DNA from: a virus
Virus record (IMG/VR): IMGVR_UViG_3300020469_000021
Location: 32,001 to 96,000 of that record
Strand: one strand, 5' to 3'
DNA length: 64,000 nucleotides
Shown: positions 45,313 to 54,605 of the stretch, piece after piece
Layout: each line of letters begins with the position of its first letter
Numbering within the stretch: the stretch's first letter is position 1
Translations under genes and position numbers: made by a program
The notes under the pieces: generated by a model
Told to the model about the DNA's origin: nothing
The model's input: the letters and a program-made list of their open reading frames with translations, nothing else
Databases searched by the model: none

Positions 45313-45723
45313 ATGGGGCTAGATCAATACGCATACGCTAAAGACGAAAACGAAGAGACAGAACATCTCGCAGAGTGGAGAAAACACAACCGCCTCCAAG
45401 GATATATGGAGAAACTTTGGGAGGACAAGGGCAGACCATTTGATGGTCAGTTGGATGATAACCCAATGGGAGATTTCAACTGCGTGCCTGTCGAGCTAAC
45501 GCTTACTGACCTTGAGCAACTCGAAGCAGTTATCGCTCAAAAGGATATGCCTGAGACAGGCGGTTTTTTCTTTGGTAGTGACTCCTACTCTTGGGAGCAA
45601 GAGGATGGAAAGCCCTACAAGGATGGCGATTACTTTTACAAAGAAACTGACTTGCAGTTTATATCTGATGCATACAAAGCCATGGCAAAAGGCAAGAAAG
45701 TATTTTACTCTTCTTGGTGGTAA
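45313..45723 (+). CDS. Conserved phage hypothetical protein (start corrected to MGLDQY)
   Basis: SD AAGGAG upstream; MGLDQY..WRKHN...GFFFG...YSSWW. Confidence 0.7.
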   Translation: MGLDQYAYAKDENEETEHLAEWRKHNRLQGYMEKLWEDKGRPFDGQLDDNPMGDFNCVPVELTLTDLEQLEAVIAQKDMPETGGFFFGSDSYSWEQEDGKPYKDGDYFYKETDLQFISDAYKAMAKGKKVFYSSWW

Positions 45724-46423
45724 ACGCTTGACAACTTAACGAAATTTTCTTAAGATTTATACTATGGAAACAATAGATATCACACCAACATGGTCAGCAC
45801 TCATTCCCATTATGGTTGAGGTGTTGAAGAGCCCAAAAGCAAGCAACTCTGCAAAACAAGAAGTTGTGGTTGAGTTAAAGCGTTTAGCTAAAATCGTTGA
45901 CGATCAAAACAGAAAGGCGAAACAAAATGGATAACTTAACTGAACAAGAATTAAAGGCAGTCTTTGATGTGGTTAATGTTTACGAACCCGAAGACATAAG
46001 GCATGTCTACCCCGCAATGGCGACTGATGAATTCATGAAAGATATAAACTCTGCATGGAGAAAGATTTTAAACTCTCTTGACAATACCAACAACAACTGA
46101 GAAAATACTATTATGCACGAAAAAATAGAGCAACCCGTAAATTCCTACACCGAATTCGAGAAGCTTCAATGGGCTTGTGATAAGCCAATGCCATCGATTG
46201 GCTCAGAAGTTAATGTCAAGATCAATGGTATTGGTCGATCAAAAGTCTTAAAGTATTTTGTGGAGTATGGCTTCATTGGAATGCTTGTTCAGCCTTTCGA
46301 CCCACCCGCTTGGTATATAAAGCAAAACGGGGCAGATGAGCCTTGTCATGTTTTTCCTGCTGAGACTGAAGAGCTTAGGGTTGAGAAAAAAGGCTTTTAC
46401 GAATCTATTCACAACGCAATGGC

Positions 46424-46492
46424 GTAAGTCACTCTATAACAACAAGTTAGGCCGCTCTGGGCGGCGCAAGTCTTTGCCGTCCAACGACTTAC
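46424..46492. repeat. 69-bp tripartite element, copy 3
   Basis: GTAAGTCACTCTATAACAACAAGTTAG-GCCGCTCTGGGCGGC-GCAAGTCTTTGCCGTCCAACGACTTAC; its TAA is the stop of 46113-46427. Confidence 0.9.
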
Positions 46493-46989
46493 GAGACTAT
46501 AAGCTAAACTTATTTTAGCTATAAGCGACAAAAGAAACTTCACTTAAAAACTTTTTTTTGCTTGCGGTTTACTCAGAATCTGTCAGTATATATATTATGA
46601 AAGCAAGGGAAATTAAGATTAGAAAGCCGATCCTTTTCACTAAGGCTCGCCCCTTCAAGATGAAGAACAAAACCTTAGAGAGAAAACTTAAACACAAAAA
46701 ACGCTATGAATATTAACGAAGATTTCACCAACGAATTTGAATGCCCCGAAGCCCAAGAGGTTATGGATCAAAGCATGGATTTCATATTTGACAAACTTAT
46801 CAACCCCATGAATGAAATGGGAAAGCTCACCGAAGAGGACTTGGCAATGATTAGCCTTATCGGCATCAGTCTCAAGATCATTTCCGAACAAGCGTCACTT
46901 TACGAAAAGTCTGTATCAGAAGATACTTCACAAAACTTTTACAAAAATTAATCCTTGACAATCAACAAAAAAACTGAGAGAATATAATC

Positions 46990-47919
46990 ATGTCAGAAAC
47001 AAAAAACAGAATTAACCTCGCCATCTGCGGAGGCGAGCATAAGGTAGTAACGCTAGGGGAAGTCGCTGATGTAGTGACTCCCGATATCGAGTATCGCAAA
47101 GAGGCGAACAAGGACGGAACGCACTCCGTTTCTTATCAGCCTATTTCGCACAATCTCTTGATTGACAAGACTCGTAACCATCTTGAGCAAGGTGGGTTTG
47201 AAGTTGTAGACGAGTGCCACAACCTCGCAAGAGGTGGCAAACGCTACTTTGGATTGTTTGAGGTCACTCACCCAAACAGGGAAAACACCGAGAGAGGCAC
47301 AATCGTTGGCTTGCGTAATGCTCACGACAAGTGCTTTCCTGCGGGATTGTGTGCAGGTGATGCTCCATTTGTTTGCGACAACCTCATCTTTACCAATTCG
47401 GTCAAGTTGGCTCGCAGACACACTAAGAACATCCTTTCCGAGCTAGATCATGTGATCTCTCGCACTTTGGGCAAGTTGTTCAATTTTTGGATGGGTCAAG
47501 ATCAACGCATCGTATCCTACAAGGATTTTGATTTGACTAACGCTCAAGTCAACGATCTTGTGATTCGTGCGTACAAAGCAGGTGCAGTCAGCAAGACTAA
47601 GATTGCTGATGTGGTTGACCAATGGGAAAAGTCTGATCACACCGAGTTTTGGGACAGAAACATGAACTCCCTTTACAATGCCTTTACCGAGGTATACAAG
47701 GGCAATCTTGTTGCCTTGCCTCAACGCTCTGAGGCATTGCACTCTGTTCTTGACTCTGAGGTCGGGTTCGATCTTTCAGCTTTCGATCCTCAAGTCGAGG
47801 AAGCTGAACTTGTCGAAGTTGCTCATGCCCCTGCCCCTCAAGTTCTTGAGGTAGCAGGTAACATAGATGGCGAAGTTCCTGCCGATCTATATGATGCAGA
47901 GGATGACTACCCTTTCTAA
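46990..47919 (+). CDS. DUF932-family protein with acidic tail
   Basis: PISH, G.RYFGL, GLRNAHDK, FVCDNL.F, RRHT, LYNAFTE. Confidence 0.7.
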   Translation: MSETKNRINLAICGGEHKVVTLGEVADVVTPDIEYRKEANKDGTHSVSYQPISHNLLIDKTRNHLEQGGFEVVDECHNLARGGKRYFGLFEVTHPNRENTERGTIVGLRNAHDKCFPAGLCAGDAPFVCDNLIFTNSVKLARRHTKNILSELDHVISRTLGKLFNFWMGQDQRIVSYKDFDLTNAQVNDLVIRAYKAGAVSKTKIADVVDQWEKSDHTEFWDRNMNSLYNAFTEVYKGNLVALPQRSEALHSVLDSEVGFDLSAFDPQVEEAELVEVAHAPAPQVLEVAGNIDGEVPADLYDAEDDYPF

Positions 47920-47944
47920 AGGGTTGGTCGCCAAATAGGCAAAT

Positions 47945-47973
47945 AAGCCCCCTCACCCCGAGGGGGCTTTTTT
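47945..47973 (+). terminator. Intrinsic terminator
   Basis: AAGCCCCCTC/GAGGGGGCTT stem plus T-run. Confidence 0.85.
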
Positions 47974-47991
47974 ATTGGGCATTTACTTTCT

Positions 47992-48060
47992 GTAAGTCAT
48001 TGATGATCAAGGGCTTACGGCGCTCTGAGCGGCGCAAACTATTGATTGGTAGGTACTTAC
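47992..48060. repeat. 69-bp tripartite element, copy 4
   Basis: GTAAGTCATTGATGATCAAGGGCTTAC-GGCGCTCTGAGCGGC-GCAAACTATTGATTGGTAGGTACTTAC. Confidence 0.9.
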
Positions 48061-48143
48061 GACAAAAAGAAAAAAAAGTATTGACTTCACTCGATATTCT
48101 GTCACAATTGTATTTAGTTCTTTTGACAATCAATTTCATTTGT

Positions 48144-48260
48144 GCCCTCTTAGTTTACATTGGTGAAAACAATGGCTCTCGGCAGTATACTAGTTAAGCC
48201 TGCGAGCGACCGATCATCGTTTTGGAGTCAAAGAGGTGAGTTCGAATCTCACAGAGGGCT
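48144..48260 (+). tRNA. tRNA-like RNA with 43-nt anticodon-loop insertion (possible intron-containing tRNA-Gln(TTG))
   Basis: Acceptor GCCCTCT/AGAGGGC, D stem GTTT/AAAC, T arm GTGAG-TTCGAAT-CTCAC; 50-nt loop ending TT-TTG-GA; no CCA. Confidence 0.6.
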
Positions 48261-48261
48261 G

Positions 48262-48336
48262 CTTTTTCTGTAGATGCGAAAGCATTGAACAACGAGGCGT
48301 CAGCACACGCCTACAACCTTCGGGAGAGAGAAAAAG
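48262..48336 (+). ncRNA. Small multibranch RNA candidate
   Basis: CTTTTTCT/AGAAAAAG closing helix; ATGC-GAAA-GCAT, AGGCGT/ACGCCT and CC-TTCG-GG hairpins. Confidence 0.5.
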
Positions 48337-48346
48337 GTTCACAATT

Positions 48347-48439
48347 TTGAGAGTGCAGTACCAAGCCTTATAGGCACCTAGTGTCACATCCTCGGTAAGA
48401 CGGGGTAGCATTTACCACGGGCGGCTCCGTGGCTCTCAA
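48347..48439 (+). ncRNA. Small multibranch RNA candidate
   Basis: TTGAGAG/CTCTCAA closing helix; GTGC/GCAC, CCTCG/CGGGG and CCACGG/CCGTGG stems. Confidence 0.5.
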
Positions 48440-48779
48440 TTCACTTTATTATGACACAACAGCAAACATTCTCACTAGCATTCTTAATCATCATGATTGC
48501 CATCGCAATAGTTCATTTTCTTGGGCTTAGCGGTTGACAATCAATAAAAAATTGTTTAGATTTATATCATGAAACATTCAGAGAGCGGTAATCGTAAAGT
48601 TCTAAAGCAAATAAAGAAATGCCCAGATATTGAGGAGATTCGGGCGACTGCAAATGGGTATATGATCATGGCAAAGAACGGAGAGCAATACTTGGCTCAT
48701 ATGTCTGCCAAAGCATTTCACCCGCTTCGCAGGTGGCTAAAGAACAATACAAGACTAAAGGCATTAAAGTTCTAATTTC

Positions 48780-48848
48780 ATAAGCCTTTGCGATTCAAGG
48801 GTTTACGACGCCCTGAGCGACACAAGTCCTTGCCGGGCAACAACTTAC
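48780..48848. repeat. 69-bp tripartite element, copy 5
   Basis: ATAAGCCTTTGCGATTCAAGGGTTTAC-GACGCCCTGAGCGAC-ACAAGTCCTTGCCGGGCAACAACTTAC. Confidence 0.88.
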
Positions 48849-49732
48849 AGCGTTAAGCAAAACTTTCTTGCGATTTAGCATTTTTTTTCTTGCAATTAAG
48901 GCAAAACGGGCTTAGTATCTATGTATGATTATTAACTACGACATACCAAACTACATTTCAGATTATCAAGCCGATGCCCCAAAGAGTAGACTCAAGGGGT
49001 TTGATGATTTAGTTTTCGAGCCTCATTTAGGATTTGCCGATGGCAAGGCTATTCAAGCCATACTTGATTTTGGTTCGAGGAATCAATTCACCATATCAGT
49101 CGTGCAAAACACTAAAGACAACATTGGATTGTATGGCAACCCTTCGGATAACACTTACGAAGTCGCAATGTGGTATGATGGCAGAGAAACCATGCTTCCT
49201 TTGTCTGTTGGTGATGATGTTCTTGCATGGCAAACTCCCGTTCAGATCACTAAGCTAATGCATCAAGCACATCTTAACGATTTTGCTTGGGTCACCCTTC
49301 TTCATAACATTAGACAAGACTACAACAAAGAATTAGGTCTTGACAACTTAGACCAATACTGAGAGAATACTATCATGACAGATCGAAACCAACAACTCAC
49401 GGGCAACGCTTTGCTCATTTACTTAATGTCTCGCTTTAACATGACAAAGCCAGAAGCTCTCAACTCAATGAGAAGAGCAGGGCACAACACGGACAACCTA
49501 TAATTATGAGCTATAACGGATGGAAAAATAGAGAGACTTGGAATGTCGCCCTTTGGATCGGCAACGACGAGGGAATGTATAATTTCGCCAAAGAGTGTGG
49601 AACTTATGATAACTTTGTCGAGCAGATGAGAGAGGTTGGATATACCGAGACTCCCGACAGGGTAGCTTACAACGACAGCAGCCTTGACCTTCCAAGGCTC
49701 GAAGAGTATTTTGATGAACTAAGAGAAGACGA

Positions 49733-49801
49733 CTAAGTCGTTGACAATCAGCGACTTGCGTCGCTCTGGGCGCCGGAAAGTCTTGGTATTCAAGGACTTA
49801 C
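49733..49801. repeat. 69-bp tripartite element, copy 6
   Basis: CTAAGTCGTTGACAATCAGCGACTTGC-GTCGCTCTGGGCGCC-GGAAAGTCTTGGTATTCAAGGACTTAC; its TAA is the stop of 49506-49736. Confidence 0.9.
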
Positions 49802-50093
49802 AACTATTTTTACTTAGTTGCAATTTTTTTCTTGTGTTTTACTGAGAATCTGTCAGTATATAGGAATGAAAGAAACAGTAAAAGTACTAATGTCCCGCGA
49901 TGGTTTAACCCAAGCCGAGGCGGTCAAGCAAGTTGTTCAATTCTTTAACGAAATGAAAGCTGATTGGGAAGCCGGCGGCGACCTTTCCGAATGGGAGCAT
50001 ATTTTCATGAGTGATTTTGGGCTTGAGCCTGATTACTTTGAGGATTTTATTTTTAGGCTTGCATAGTCAAACTAATTCAACTAGTATTCTATT

Positions 50094-50810
50094 ATGATTA
50101 AAACAACTCTACTCACCGCAGGGAATGCCAAGATTACAAAGGGCGAGGCATTCGGATATTTAACTAAAGGCATTCACTTAGCTCCCGCTAATTTGTCGGG
50201 TTACGAAGTTTGCCAATGGCGTTCTAAAGGTTGCACTATGGCTTGCCTCAACACAGCAGGTCGTGGGCAAATGAATTCTGTTCAAGATTCACGCATTGCC
50301 AAGACTAAGTTGTTCTTTGAGCAAAGGTTTGACTTCCTTGCCAAACTATCAAAAGAAATTACTTCCACGATTAAGTCGGCAAGCAAGAAAGGTTTGCAAG
50401 CGGTCTTCCGCCCCAACCTTACAAGCGACATTGCATGGGAAAACATTATCAATGAAGATGGTGTGAATTTGTTTGAGAAGCATAGCAAAACTCAATTTTA
50501 TGATTATACTAAGTCATTCAAAAGGATGCAACGCTTTCTCAATGGTGAATTGCCTAGTAACTACCACTTGACTTTTTCTTGCTCCGAGACTAACGAAAAG
50601 ATTGCCAAACTTGTTTTAGAGATGGGCGGCAATGTTGCGGTTGTCTTTCGTAACCAATTACCCGACACTTGGAATGGTGTCGAGGTTGTCAATGGCGACG
50701 AATCAGATTTGCGATTTCTTGACAAGCAAAGCGTTGTCGTTGGACTTATAGAAAAAGGTCTTGCCAAAAAAGATTTGACAGGATTCGTTAAAGAAGGTAT
50801 AAATTCATAA
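50094..50810 (+). CDS. Gp88-like phage protein
   Basis: LAPA...C......C...CL..AGRG, RPN.TSDI.W, FYDYTK, NYHLTFS, NVAVVF, GD.SDLRFLD. Confidence 0.7.
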   Translation: MIKTTLLTAGNAKITKGEAFGYLTKGIHLAPANLSGYEVCQWRSKGCTMACLNTAGRGQMNSVQDSRIAKTKLFFEQRFDFLAKLSKEITSTIKSASKKGLQAVFRPNLTSDIAWENIINEDGVNLFEKHSKTQFYDYTKSFKRMQRFLNGELPSNYHLTFSCSETNEKIAKLVLEMGGNVAVVFRNQLPDTWNGVEVVNGDESDLRFLDKQSVVVGLIEKGLAKKDLTGFVKEGINS

Positions 50811-50976
50811 TGGACTATTACGATTCAGCCGAGGACATCACTATAACGCAAGACCGAGCTTTGCAAGAATTGGCAAGGCACGGGATCACATCCAATGAGG
50901 ACATTTTAGAGTTCTTTGCAGATGTGGGCGAGTCTCAAGAGTATGACGCACAAGAGGTTTTAGATTGGCTAGGCTA

Positions 50977-51045
50977 CTAAGTCATTGATAATCAGGCACT
51001 TAGGGCGCTCTGGGCGGCGCAAGTCATTGAAGTGCAAGGACTTAC
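50977..51045. repeat. 69-bp tripartite element, copy 7
   Basis: CTAAGTCATTGATAATCAGGCACTTAG-GGCGCTCTGGGCGGC-GCAAGTCATTGAAGTGCAAGGACTTAC; its TAA ends ORF 50810-50980. Confidence 0.9.
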
Positions 51046-51148
51046 GTATTATTAGAGAAACTTATAAAGGATATAAGCGGGCGGACAAAGTGATTATTTT
51101 ACATTTTTTTTTGTTGCAGTTTGCTCAAAAGTCCTTAGTATTTTATGT

Positions 51149-51334
51149 ATGATAACTATTAAGAAAAACGCTAACTTTCCCAAGTGGATTCAAGTCTTCG
51201 CCTTCGGTAATTTCATTGACGAGGTAGAAGGTAACGCAAAGGCATTGCGTCTAGCAAAGACTATTGCCAAGAAAAATGGAGTCGCCCATATTAATGTTTT
51301 TGGTGAAGTAAAAAAAATTGAAGAAAATGCCTAA
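51149..51334 (+). CDS. Small hypothetical protein, paralog of 53828-54004
   Basis: MITIKKNANF.K..QVFAFG.FIDEV. Confidence 0.7.
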   Translation: MITIKKNANFPKWIQVFAFGNFIDEVEGNAKALRLAKTIAKKNGVAHINVFGEVKKIEENA

Positions 51335-52040
51335 TGGGCTTGACATTCAACCGATAATTTAAGAGAATACTATCATGGAAAATCAAAAAGAACAACTCAC
51401 TCAAGAACAACGCATCGAGCTTATCCGTCAAGCAGTCGAACAAACAAAAGGAGTCGCTCTCAGCGATCAAGCCCAAGAGTTTGTAGAGGATGTTAAAACT
51501 GAAGAGTTAGTCGTCGAACATGGTTTGTTTGACACTCACAAAGAAGACTTGGAAGACGAGTCTCAATTTTTGTTCAGCGACTCTGCTGAAGAAATTGATG
51601 AAGAAGACGAATCTATCGGAGTAAGTTCCGAGATGAGTGAAGTCTATAACAACAACAACTAAGGAGGAAAACATATTATGCAATCAGAATTCTCATTCAT
51701 ACAAAAAGCTAATGCGGTGGCAAAGTATCAACCGCAAAATGTAAACAAACAAGGAGACAAACTTTGCTTCTCTTACATGAATAATGCAGGCGTTATGGTC
51801 AATGCTTTTTATGAGTATAGCTCACGCAAGTTCAAGTCTGCGGTCAAAGGCAGTCAGTACGGAGATGGTGTTGCCATCAGAAACCTTGTAGCAAAACCTG
51901 TTGTTGAAGGAATCTTGAGCAATGGATGAGTGGGTTGATCTTTTAATCTTCTTGCCGTGGGCTTTAGCTTTTGCTTTTTTGTGGCATTGTAATGAACATA
52001 TTTAGTGGTTAGTTATATTATTAGTTAGTATGTTAGTGTG

Positions 52041-52084
52041 GGCCCCTCACTCGCCCTTCAAAAAGGCGGATGGGGGGCTTTTTT
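52041..52084. terminator. Terminator at the convergence of the + and - blocks
   Basis: GC-rich hairpin GCCCCTCA..CGCC/GGCG..TGGGGGGC plus T-run. Confidence 0.7.
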
Positions 52085-52134
52085 GCAAATAGTCAAATAA
52101 AATCTTGAGGGCGGGCGATAGAACAATGCTTTTT

Positions 52135-52203
52135 GTAAGTCGTTGAACATCAGTTACTTGCGTCGCTCAGGGCGGCATAAGTAGCTGACTATAAAAGACT
52201 TAA
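52135..52203. repeat. 69-bp tripartite element, copy 8
   Basis: GTAAGTCGTTGAACATCAGTTACTTGC-GTCGCTCAGGGCGGC-ATAAGTAGCTGACTATAAAAGACTTAA; TTA at 52200 is the stop of the - strand gene. Confidence 0.9.
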
Positions 52204-52570
52204 GCTAAGTAACGCTCCCAGTCTTCTTGGTCAAAGCTGTCAAACGCTCCCCATGTATCAAACTCTATCCACTGGTGGACGACTTCACGAAGGCTTTCGT
52301 TTTCTCTGTCCCACAGGTGGATTTCTAGCTGAAACTCAGCTTTTAGTGGAGAGTTGATATATTGCTCTGCTAAAGCGTAGCAGCTACTAAGACCATCTCG
52401 ATCTTTTGGAGTAGAGAGTGCTACCTCTCCGTCGTGAACTAATTCGTATCTTAACATATCCATAAAGTAGTTTAATTTTGGTTAAAAGTCAAGAGATTTT
52501 TAAACAAATTTTAACAAACACAATGCCAAATAACTGCCCCGGGCAGAATTTTGCTTTCAACTATGTTTCC

Positions 52571-52639
52571 ATAAGGTGTTGGTGATCAATGACTTATGTC
52601 GCTCAGGGCGGCGTAAACCCTTGATTATCAAGGATTAAT
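52571..52639. repeat. 69-bp tripartite element, copy 9
   Basis: ATAAGGTGTTGGTGATCAATGACTTAT-GTCGCTCAGGGCGGC-GTAAACCCTTGATTATCAAGGATTAAT; overlaps the stop of 52635-52895. Confidence 0.9.
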
Positions 52640-53762
52640 GAAACTGTTTTAAGGTTTTCTTGCGGGTGACTGCTCGGGTGATTAGCTCGTCAGGTTCTAG
52701 CATATGGGCGTAGACGCCCGTGGCGTCTTGCTCGCCATAGCCTCGGGAGTACCAAGGTCCGCCCGTATTTATATCCTTGCAGGCAAGGGCTGCGTTAATG
52801 CCTCGGTCTTGCCAAAACTTTTTCCAAGCCAAGTCAACACTTTGAGAGAGACCTGCAAGTGTTTCGTTGTATCGTGCAATTTCTTCCTCACTCATTATGA
52901 GTTGGCTTTTGAAAGCGTTGGGATTACTAAAGCAAAGAAAACCATAAGAATCATTTCGATCATTTTACTTACCTAAGTAGAATTTTACTTGCTCGGATGT
53001 GGCAGGACTCAAGTCTTTAAACAAAACCTCGGATTCTATCATGTCGGAAGCGTGATGCTTTAGCGTTGCAACCTTTTGGGTTTGGTCTGCCCGAAGTACT
53101 CGGACGATACAAGCGTTTGATTTTGAGAAGTAGATTTGTCCATTTGTTATTTTCATAATTATAAAGTATTATAGTTTTTAGAGAATTGCAAGTTTTTTTT
53201 TACTTTTTTTGTCTCTTAGGCAAGACAAATGCGAGGAGGATTTTTTCTCTTTCAGTTAGGATCTGCTCCTCCTCTTGCCATCTACGGATGACTTGCTGAG
53301 CGGCAATCTCAGCCTCGACTCGAGAGCGTTCCTCAAATTCGAGATCGGTCATGCCGAAGGCGTGGGCGGTGCGGGTGAGTGAGTCATTATTTTCCATAAG
53401 TATAAGATTAAAGATTTGTAATTATATTTTAAAACTAAACTATTTTTTAGTGAATTGCAAGGGAAAAGCGAATTATTTTACCGCTTCCACTATCATGTCG
53501 TAAGTCCAAACGTGACCACCGACATCTTCCCAAAGATCATAAGCCACCGCCATGGGGCTTGCTTGGATACGTACAAGACCATTGTCTTGAATGAATTTTT
53601 CTATTTTCTTATCTAACATACCTATAAGGTAGCATATAAAACGCATATTTACAAGATTTTTTTTTACTATTAGCTTCTTTTTAGCTGAGCTTATAGCTTG
53701 CTAAACCCGGGCTTATACTTGCCGCGAGTCATAAGTTGGCACGCTATATGAACATCGGTTTC

Positions 53763-53831
53763 GTAAGTCATTGAATGTCAGCTAGTTAGCCGGCGCAGGG
53801 CGGCCTAAAGCCCTGATTATCAACGATTTAG
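53763..53831. repeat. 69-bp tripartite element, copy 10
   Basis: GTAAGTCATTGAATGTCAGCTAGTTAG-CCGGCGCAGGGCGGC-CTAAAGCCCTGATTATCAACGATTTAG; TTA at 53828 is a stop. Confidence 0.88.
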
Positions 53832-54004
53832 GACACTTCTTGCATCAAGCCGTCAACATTGATGAAGTCTTGCTTGTGTTGCTTGGCTAGCTTGGTAGCC
53901 ATGCGTAAGGCTTTACTACGACGCTCTACCTCGTCGATGTATTGCCCAAAGGCGAACACTTGAAAGAACTTAGAGAAGTTAGGGTTTTGTTTTATTGTTA
54001 TCAT
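53828..54004 (-). CDS. Small hypothetical protein (58 aa, not in track), paralog of 51149-51334
   Basis: MITIKQNPNFSKFFQVFAFGQYIDEVERRSKALRMATKLAK... Confidence 0.7.
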   Translation of the reverse strand: MITIKQNPNFSKFFQVFAFGQYIDEVERRSKALRMATKLAKQHKQDFINVDGLMQEVS

Positions 54005-54605
54005 TTTAGTATATGTATTGATCTGTTGAGTCGATGAAGGAGTGAAGGATTGCTACTGACATAACCTCCCAAGGATTATTATCCCAATCAGCTTTCCCGA
54101 AAGCCCAAGCATGATTTAGCTCTTGGTCAAGGTCAGCACTTACTCGCATCTTGTAAGTCCGTTGTTCAGATGGGTTGCTTTTGAGCCTATCGACAACTTG
54201 AATGGTTACAGCTTGAAACTCGACTCTGCGAGTGGGAACATTTCTATTTGAAGTATTTAACATATTATAAACTTAAAGGATTTTTTGTGGAATTGCAAGA
54301 AAAAAATGAATTATTTTTACTCCCATTGGGAGTGATGACCAAAGTCGATGTCCTCGACTTCTTGGAAGTCAAGGAGTGCAACCTTGTCCTGAAGGTCGCC
54401 GATTTCGTTGCGAATTGCAACAAGGTCAGCGGAAGAGAGGACGGAGTCCGCAAGGACTTCGCGAAGGAGAGAGATTTTGTTGAGCATTTCGGACTTAGTC
54501 ATAATTTTTTTTGTGTTAGGTTTTCTTTATCTTATATATACAAAGTAGCAGAGTTTTCGCCAAAAGTCAAACTTTTTTTCACTTTTTTTTCATTTTTTTT
54601 GTGTT

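Larger units (their letters stand above)
42525..51929 (+). other. + strand cassette-like early gene block punctuated by 69-bp elements
   Basis: About 30 small ORFs, most with their own promoter; elements 1-7 lie between gene groups. Confidence 0.7.

Noticed and set aside
48000-48411. Track ORFs 48000-48197 and 48214-48411
   Set aside because: They run through a repeat element, a promoter and the tRNA-like RNAs.
48569-48775. HicA-like toxin
   Set aside because: Size and pattern are suggestive, but the catalytic GSH motif is absent.
52000-52040. Short TTAGT iterations before the convergent terminator
   Set aside because: Too short and low-complexity to support a function.
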